In this document: in pieces, positions 58,932-64,000 of the stretch
Layout: each line of letters opens with the position of its first letter
Numbering within the stretch: position 1 is the stretch's first letter
Origin: an uncultured Bacteroidales bacterium
GTDB taxonomy: Bacteria; Bacteroidota; Bacteroidia; Bacteroidales; UBA11471
Length of the DNA: 64,000 nt
Reading direction: 5' to 3'
Assembly (NCBI GenBank): GCA_947589325.1
Contig: CANQAM010000010.1
Location: 337-64,336 of the forward strand
The notes under the pieces: generated by a model
What the model saw: the letters and a program-made list of their open reading frames with translations, nothing else
Database searches by the model: none
What the model was told of the DNA's origin: nothing
Position numbers and translations under genes: made by a program

Positions 58932-58970
58932 GCAGCCCGCAAACGTACACCGTTTGCGGGCTGCCTGTTT
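58932..58970. terminator. Intrinsic terminator between convergent genes
   Basis: 14 bp stem GCAGCCCGCAAACG / CGTTTGCGGGCTGC. Confidence 0.8.
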
Positions 58971-58989
58971 TGCGAAAATTGCGGTAAAT

Positions 58990-60024
58990 TTATAGGAGTT
59001 GTATGCCGTGTCGGGCGCACTCGGCTATTTGCGCTTCGGGCCAGATGCTTGCCTGCACTTCGCCGATGTGGGCTTTTTGCAGCAGGTACATACAGAGTCG
59101 CGACTGCCCTATACCGCCGCCGATAGAGAGCGGCAGCTCCCCGTTTACGAGCATTTTGTGAAAATCGAGATTGAGTCGGTCGGTGCAGCCGCATATTTCC
59201 AACTGTTTCAACAGCGCGCTTTTATCGACGCGGATACCCATCGACGAAATTTCAAACGAACATTCCAGTACGGGGTTCCATAAAATGATGTCGCCATTGA
59301 GCCCTTGATACCCGTCGGAGTTCCGAGTTGTCCAGTCGTCGTAGTCGGGAGCGCGGCCGTCGTGCGGTTCGCCGTCGGAGAGTTTCCCGCCGATGCCTAT
59401 GATGAACAGCGCCCCGTATTTGCGGGCGGCTTCATATTCCCGCGCTTTGGGCGGAAGTCCCGGATACATCTGCAACAGCTCTTCGGCGTGAATGAAGGCG
59501 ATGTCGTCGGGCAGGGTAGGGGTGATATGCGGGTGTATCGCATACAGGTCGGCTTCCGTATCTTTCAGCGCGCGGTATATTTTGCGCACGGTGTCTTTCA
59601 GGTAGTCGAGCGTGCGGTCGTCGGCGGTGATGGTTTTTTCCCAGTCCCACTGATCGACGTAGAGCGAATGCAGGTTGTCCAATTCCTCGTCGGGGCGTAT
59701 GGCGTTCATGTCGGTGTACAGTCCGTAACCCGGAGCGATGCGGTAGGCGCCGAGCTTCATGCGTTTCCATTTGGCGAGGGAGTGCACCACTTCGGCTTGC
59801 CGGTCGCCCATGCTTTTGATAGGAAATTTCACGGGTCGCTCCACGCCGTTGAGGTCGTCGTTGATGCCCGTGCCCGAGAGTACGAACAGCGGCGCCGTAA
59901 CCCGCCGCAGGTTGAGGTTCTGTGCCAGTGCCCGCTGGAATCCGTCTTTTAACTTTTTGATGGCCTGCTCGGTCGTTTCGGGCAGGAGCTTGGGCGTATA
60001 ATGTTTGGGAATGATCAGCGCCAT
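58990..60024 (-). CDS. asnA: Aspartate--ammonia ligase
   Basis: NDDLNGVERPV, EVVHSLAKWKR, HSLYVDQWDWE, RAPDYDDW, SIGGGIGQSR. Start set at MALIIPK. Confidence 0.96.
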   Translation of the reverse strand: MALIIPKHYTPKLLPETTEQAIKKLKDGFQRALAQNLNLRRVTAPLFVLSGTGINDDLNGVERPVKFPIKSMGDRQAEVVHSLAKWKRMKLGAYRIAPGYGLYTDMNAIRPDEELDNLHSLYVDQWDWEKTITADDRTLDYLKDTVRKIYRALKDTEADLYAIHPHITPTLPDDIAFIHAEELLQMYPGLPPKAREYEAARKYGALFIIGIGGKLSDGEPHDGRAPDYDDWTTRNSDGYQGLNGDIILWNPVLECSFEISSMGIRVDKSALLKQLEICGCTDRLNLDFHKMLVNGELPLSIGGGIGQSRLCMYLLQKAHIGEVQASIWPEAQIAECARHGIQLL

Positions 60025-60208
60025 ACCGGAGTGCCTGTTTGTTTTCGTTTCAAAATATTTCGTTGCAAATGAAAAGTATAATTCGTTTTGTCGCGATATA
60101 TCTGTTTCATTTCGGTTGCAAATATAATCATTTTGCCAGACAAAACAACGCTTTTCGGGAATTTTGTTCATTTTCTTATGCGAATCGTTTTTCGCACGGA
60201 AAGAAAAA

Positions 60209-60240
60209 TTTGTCCTTCCGTATTTTTTCCATTACCTTTG
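60209..60240 (+). promoter_or_regulatory. Canonical promoter for metA-U32
   Basis: TTTG, 20 nt spacer, TACCTTTG; a divergent asnA -7 element TATATTTG lies at 60119-60126 (minus). Confidence 0.7.
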
Positions 60241-60262
60241 TGCGGATAAAAGAACGTTTGCC

Positions 60263-61186
60263 ATGCCATTGACCATTCCGGCGGAACTGCCTGCCGTAGG
60301 GATTTTGAAATCCGAAAACATATTCGTGATGGATTCGCGGCGCGCCTCGTCGCAGGACATACGCCCGCTGCGCATCATCATTCTCAACCTTATGCCGTTG
60401 AAAATCACGACGGAAACCGACCTGTTGCGCCTGCTCTCGAACACGCCGCTGCAAATCGAAATCGACTTTCTGAAAATCACGGGACACGTTTCCAAGAACA
60501 CGCCGGTGGAGCACATGATGGCTTTTTACAAAGACTTCGCTGCGATATGCGACAACCGTTACGACGGCATGATTATCACCGGTGCGCCGGTCGAGCAGAT
60601 GTCGTTCGAAGAGGTGTCGTACTGGGACGAGGTAGTCCGCATATTCGACTGGTCGCGCACGCATGTTACCTCCACCATGTATATCTGCTGGGCGGCGCAG
60701 GCCGGACTTTACCACCACTACGGCATACCCAAATACCCGTTGGAACGGAAGCTCTTCGGGGTCTTTCGCCACACGATTCGCGAGGAGTGCCGCAAGGCGC
60801 CGCTTTTTCGCGGATTCGACGACGAATTTTACATTCCCCACAGCCGCCACACGGCTGTCGATGCCGACAGCGTGCGCCGCTGTCCCGACATCACGCTCAT
60901 GGCAGAGGGCGAGCAGTCGGGCGTTGCCGTGATGATTGCCCGCAACGGGCGCGAAGTCTACCTGACGGGACACTCCGAGTATGCCCCCGACACCCTCGCC
61001 AACGAATATTACCGCGACTTGGGCAAAGGGCTGCCCATCGATATGCCGCAGAATTATTTTCGCAACGACGACCCCGCCGCCGGTGTCGTGGTGCGCTGGC
61101 GCTCCCATGCCAACTTGCTCTTTTCCAACTGGCTCAATTACTACGTTTATCAGGAAACCCCTTACGACATCGACGCCATACGATGA
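60263..61186 (+). CDS. metA: Homoserine O-acyltransferase MetA family, predicted acetyl-CoA specific
   Basis: ILNLMP.K..TE, ITGAPVE (Glu at the specificity position, Gly in succinyltransferases), ICWAAQA, GHSEY, NWLNYYVYQ.TPY. Confidence 0.95.
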   Translation: MPLTIPAELPAVGILKSENIFVMDSRRASSQDIRPLRIIILNLMPLKITTETDLLRLLSNTPLQIEIDFLKITGHVSKNTPVEHMMAFYKDFAAICDNRYDGMIITGAPVEQMSFEEVSYWDEVVRIFDWSRTHVTSTMYICWAAQAGLYHHYGIPKYPLERKLFGVFRHTIREECRKAPLFRGFDDEFYIPHSRHTAVDADSVRRCPDITLMAEGEQSGVAVMIARNGREVYLTGHSEYAPDTLANEYYRDLGKGLPIDMPQNYFRNDDPAAGVVVRWRSHANLLFSNWLNYYVYQETPYDIDAIR

Positions 61187-63078
61187 CCGCACCCCGCCGC
61201 ATCGAACTCTTGGCACCTGCCAAAACTGCCGATATAGGGCGGGAGGCGATCGTGCACGGAGCCGATGCCGTGTATATCGGCGGACCGGCTTTCGGTGCGC
61301 GGGCGGCTGCGGGCAACAGCATCGCCGACATCGCGCGGCTTGCCGATTTTGCCCACACCTATCACGCACGGGTCTATGCCGCCGTCAATACGATACTCTA
61401 CGATAACGAACTTCGGCAGGCCGAACGGCTGATTACCGACCTGTGCCGCGCCGGTGTCGATGCGCTCATCGTGCAGGATATGGGCATTTTGCGCCTCGAC
61501 ATTCCGCCGGTGGCGCTGCACGCGAGTACGCAGTGCGACAACCGCACCGTCGAGAAAGTGCGCTTCCTATACGAAGCGGGTTTTTCGCGCGTCGTTCTGG
61601 CGCGGGAGCTTTCGGCGTCCGAAATCCGCGAAATCGCCGCAGCCGTGCCGGTCGATTTGGAAGTGTTCGTGCACGGCGCTCTCTGCGTGAGTTACAGCGG
61701 GCAGTGTTACCTGAGCCGCTGCCTGTCGGGACGCAGCGCCAATCGGGGCGAGTGCGCCCAGTACTGCCGCCTTCCCTACACTTTGCTCGATGCCGACGGT
61801 ACGCCCCTGCTGCGTGAAAAACACTTGCTTTCGCTCAAAGACATGAACCGCTCCGACCGGTTGGAAACCCTGCTCGATGCCGGCGTTACCTCGCTTAAAA
61901 TCGAGGGACGCCTCAAAGAACTCTCTTATGTAAAAAATATCACGGCGTGGTACCGCCGCCGGCTCGACGAGATTTTTGCCCGCCGACCGGAGTATTGCGC
62001 CGCCTCGTCGGGTAGGGTGGAATATACTTTCGAACCCGACCCCTTCAAAAGTTTCAATCGCGGGTTTACGCACTATTTTCTCGATGGTGTCGATGCCGAG
62101 CCCATCGGGTCGCCCCACACGCCGAAGTCGCTCGGCGAACCGGTGGCGCACGCGCTGCGGCGGCAGGGAGCGGCATGGATTATCGACCGCGCCGGCGCGG
62201 TGGGCAATGGCGACGGTCTTTGCTTTTTCGACGGCGACCGCCGTTTCGAGGGCTTTCGGGTCAATCGGGCGGAAGGCTGCCGCATCTATCCTGCCGAAAT
62301 GCCGCATATACCTGCCGGCGCGCTACTCTACCGCAACAGCGACTGCCGTTTCGAGCAGCTCTTGCAGCACCGGAGCGCGCAGCGCCGCATACCGCTCGAC
62401 CTTACGCTTTACGAAATCCCGCAGGGCTACGCCCTGAAACTTCTCGATGCCGACGGCTGCATGGCGATTGCCGCCCTTGCCGCCGACAAGGTGCCGGCAC
62501 GCACGCCGCAGTCCGACGGACAGCGCGCCATGCTCTCCCGTCTGGGCGACACCTGTTTTGCCGCCCGCACCGTAACCCTTGCGCTTTCCGGCGAACGCTT
62601 CATTCCCGTTTCGCAGCTCGCGGCGCTGCGGCGCGATGCCGTTGCCGCACTCGACCGTTCGCGCCGGCTCGCCTGCCGTCCGCCCCGCCGGCGGGAGGAG
62701 CAGCCGACCCCTTTCCCCGCCGCCGAACTCGCTTACACGGAAAATGTCGCCAACGAAGCCGCGCGCCGCTTCTATCGGGAGCATGGCGTCTCCGTTGTCG
62801 CCCCTGCCTACGAATGTGCCCCGCCCGCCGACGTGCCCTTGATGTACACCCGTTTCTGCCTCAGACGGCAGTGGGGTTGCTGCCTCAAAGAAAAGTCCGC
62901 CGCCCGAAAGTGGAAAGCCCCGCTTTACCTGCAATACCGCGATGCGCGCCTGCGCCTCGAATTCGACTGCGCCTGCTGCGAAATGCGCATCTATGCCGAC
63001 TCCCGCCCCGCAACCTCCGATGCAGCGCACTCCCGCTGCGGTTCGTCTGTTTCCGACAAAAGTTTCAATATCGAATAG
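61183..63078 (+). CDS. Peptidase U32 family protein, long form (RlhA-like rRNA hydroxylation protein)
   Basis: IELLAPA, GADAVYIG, HASTQ, VHGALCVSYSGQC, NRGECAQYCR, SLKIEGRLK; ATGA overlap with metA. Confidence 0.88.
   Translation: MTAPRRIELLAPAKTADIGREAIVHGADAVYIGGPAFGARAAAGNSIADIARLADFAHTYHARVYAAVNTILYDNELRQAERLITDLCRAGVDALIVQDMGILRLDIPPVALHASTQCDNRTVEKVRFLYEAGFSRVVLARELSASEIREIAAAVPVDLEVFVHGALCVSYSGQCYLSRCLSGRSANRGECAQYCRLPYTLLDADGTPLLREKHLLSLKDMNRSDRLETLLDAGVTSLKIEGRLKELSYVKNITAWYRRRLDEIFARRPEYCAASSGRVEYTFEPDPFKSFNRGFTHYFLDGVDAEPIGSPHTPKSLGEPVAHALRRQGAAWIIDRAGAVGNGDGLCFFDGDRRFEGFRVNRAEGCRIYPAEMPHIPAGALLYRNSDCRFEQLLQHRSAQRRIPLDLTLYEIPQGYALKLLDADGCMAIAALAADKVPARTPQSDGQRAMLSRLGDTCFAARTVTLALSGERFIPVSQLAALRRDAVAALDRSRRLACRPPRRREEQPTPFPAAELAYTENVANEAARRFYREHGVSVVAPAYECAPPADVPLMYTRFCLRRQWGCCLKEKSAARKWKAPLYLQYRDARLRLEFDCACCEMRIYADSRPATSDAAHSRCGSSVSDKSFNIE
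62935..62962 (+). repeat. 28 bp direct repeat, copy 1 (inside the U32 3' end)
   Basis: TACCGCGATGCGCGCCTGCGCCTCGAAT, identical to 63743-63770. Confidence 0.92.
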
Positions 63079-63079
63079 T

Positions 63080-63730
63080 ATGTGGAGAACGTTTGGCAGA
63101 CCGCTCATGGTCATATCGATTGCTGTATCGGTGGCGCTGCTTCTTGCGGTGCTGTGCATCATAAGAGGTGCGCGTACACCCGATACGCTTGAATCGAAAG
63201 CCGCAGAACTGTATGCGTATTGTAAAAAGAAAGGTTACAATACCGATGTTGCCATATTGGTCGATTACGGCAGGCACTCCGGTCGTGTCCGGTTTTTCGT
63301 TTGGGATTTCAACGAAAGCCGTCCGTTATTGAAAAGTATATGCGCTCAGGGTTGCGGAAAAGGCGATATGGAAGGAAAAAATGTGTTCAGCAATGAGATA
63401 GGCTCTTTGTGCACCTCATTGGGACATTATAAAATAGGACGGGAGCGAACCATATCGAGATTGGGAGGACGACCGGCATTTACGCTGGTCGGACTGGACG
63501 CGACGAACAGCAATGCCGTCGTTCGGGGAATATTGCTGCACCCTGTGCGCCTGCCCTCATTTGCCATATATCCTTTCCCTATACCCTCGAAAGTCCTGCG
63601 TATATCGGGACGGGCGGTTGTACGACCGTACAGCGAAGGCTGCATTACGGTTCCGTCCGATAAATACCGTGAAACGGCAGACATTCTCCACCACGCCCGA
63701 AAACCGGTGATCATGTGGGTATATAAATAA
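63080..63730 (+). CDS. Murein L,D-transpeptidase catalytic-domain family protein (YkuD_2-like)
   Basis: N-terminal TM anchor; ILVDYGRHSG..RFFVWD, SLGHYKIG, GLDATNSNA..RGILLH, SEGC; lower GC than its flanks. Confidence 0.75.
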   Translation: MWRTFGRPLMVISIAVSVALLLAVLCIIRGARTPDTLESKAAELYAYCKKKGYNTDVAILVDYGRHSGRVRFFVWDFNESRPLLKSICAQGCGKGDMEGKNVFSNEIGSLCTSLGHYKIGRERTISRLGGRPAFTLVGLDATNSNAVVRGILLHPVRLPSFAIYPFPIPSKVLRISGRAVVRPYSEGCITVPSDKYRETADILHHARKPVIMWVYK

Positions 63731-63742
63731 ATTATCTATTAG

Positions 63743-63770
63743 TACCGCGATGCGCGCCTGCGCCTCGAAT
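63743..63770 (+). repeat. 28 bp direct repeat, copy 2 (intergenic)
   Basis: Identical to 62935-62962 and followed by a further GCCTGCTGC match. Confidence 0.92.
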
Positions 63771-63841
63771 CTGCCTGCTGCCTTACGGGAAAAGCAGGAG
63801 AGTTTTTCCGCGAATAAAGCCAAAAATTTTTAGCGGAAAGT

Positions 63842-63872
63842 TTTGTAAATTTGTATTTTAAGATTACATTTG
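63842..63872 (+). promoter_or_regulatory. Canonical promoter for the last gene
   Basis: TTTG, 19 nt spacer, TACATTTG. Confidence 0.7.
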
Positions 63873-63906
63873 TAGCGTATTTATTAACCCATTAAATTAC
63901 GACAAA

Positions 63907-64000
63907 ATGAAACGCACGCTGTTTTTTATGTTGTTGTCCGCATGGCTGTTCTCCCCCGCAGCATGGGCAGATGAAGGCGAATACGATATTTCGTTAATGA
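63907..64000 (+). CDS. Secreted protein, 3'-truncated by window edge
   Basis: MKRTLFFMLLSAWLFSPAAWA-DEGEYDISLM...: signal peptide downstream of a canonical promoter. Confidence 0.7.
   Translation, partial: MKRTLFFMLLSAWLFSPAAWADEGEYDISLM

Noticed and set aside
63907-64000. S46 dipeptidyl peptidase call from ADEG after the signal peptide
   Set aside because: S46 enzymes read DEGMW; this reads DEGEY and only 31 codons are visible.

Overview
64 kb of a Bacteroidales chromosome (TAnnTTTG/TTTG promoters, A-rich SD-less start contexts, a type IX secretion C-terminal domain). It is mostly ordinary core and accessory genes. From left to right: a truncated amino-methyltransferase plus MvaI/BcnI-family endonuclease; valS; glycan-biosynthesis genes scattered through the window; a TolC/HlyD/MFS efflux operon; a large minus-strand nitrogen-assimilation cluster (dapF, dapL, putative porin, P-II, amt, type III glnA, gltB, gltD, asnB); dnaB; psd-pssA; a hemerythrin/LuxR pair; a GH2/SGNH/GH43/GH51/GH51 CAZyme cluster without SusC/D; an AraC gene; a TetR-led TolC/HlyD/ABC operon; flavoprotein and hydrolase genes; asnA; metA; a U32 protein; and a YkuD_2-like gene. 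I saw no rRNA, tRNA, CRISPR array, integrase or transposase. The most unusual signals are non-coding: (1) a 16-19 bp element that flanks gltB as a direct repeat and recurs inverted after asnB; (2) Met-Gln minigenes in the spacers of the nitrogen cluster; (3) a structured leader with twin dyads ahead of that cluster; (4) near-absence of CCWGG and GATC; (5) a 28 bp direct repeat bracketing the YkuD_2 gene; (6) duplicated AraC-type boxes either side of the TetR efflux operon. All family calls are from remembered motifs and all word counts are by eye; neither was computed or searched.
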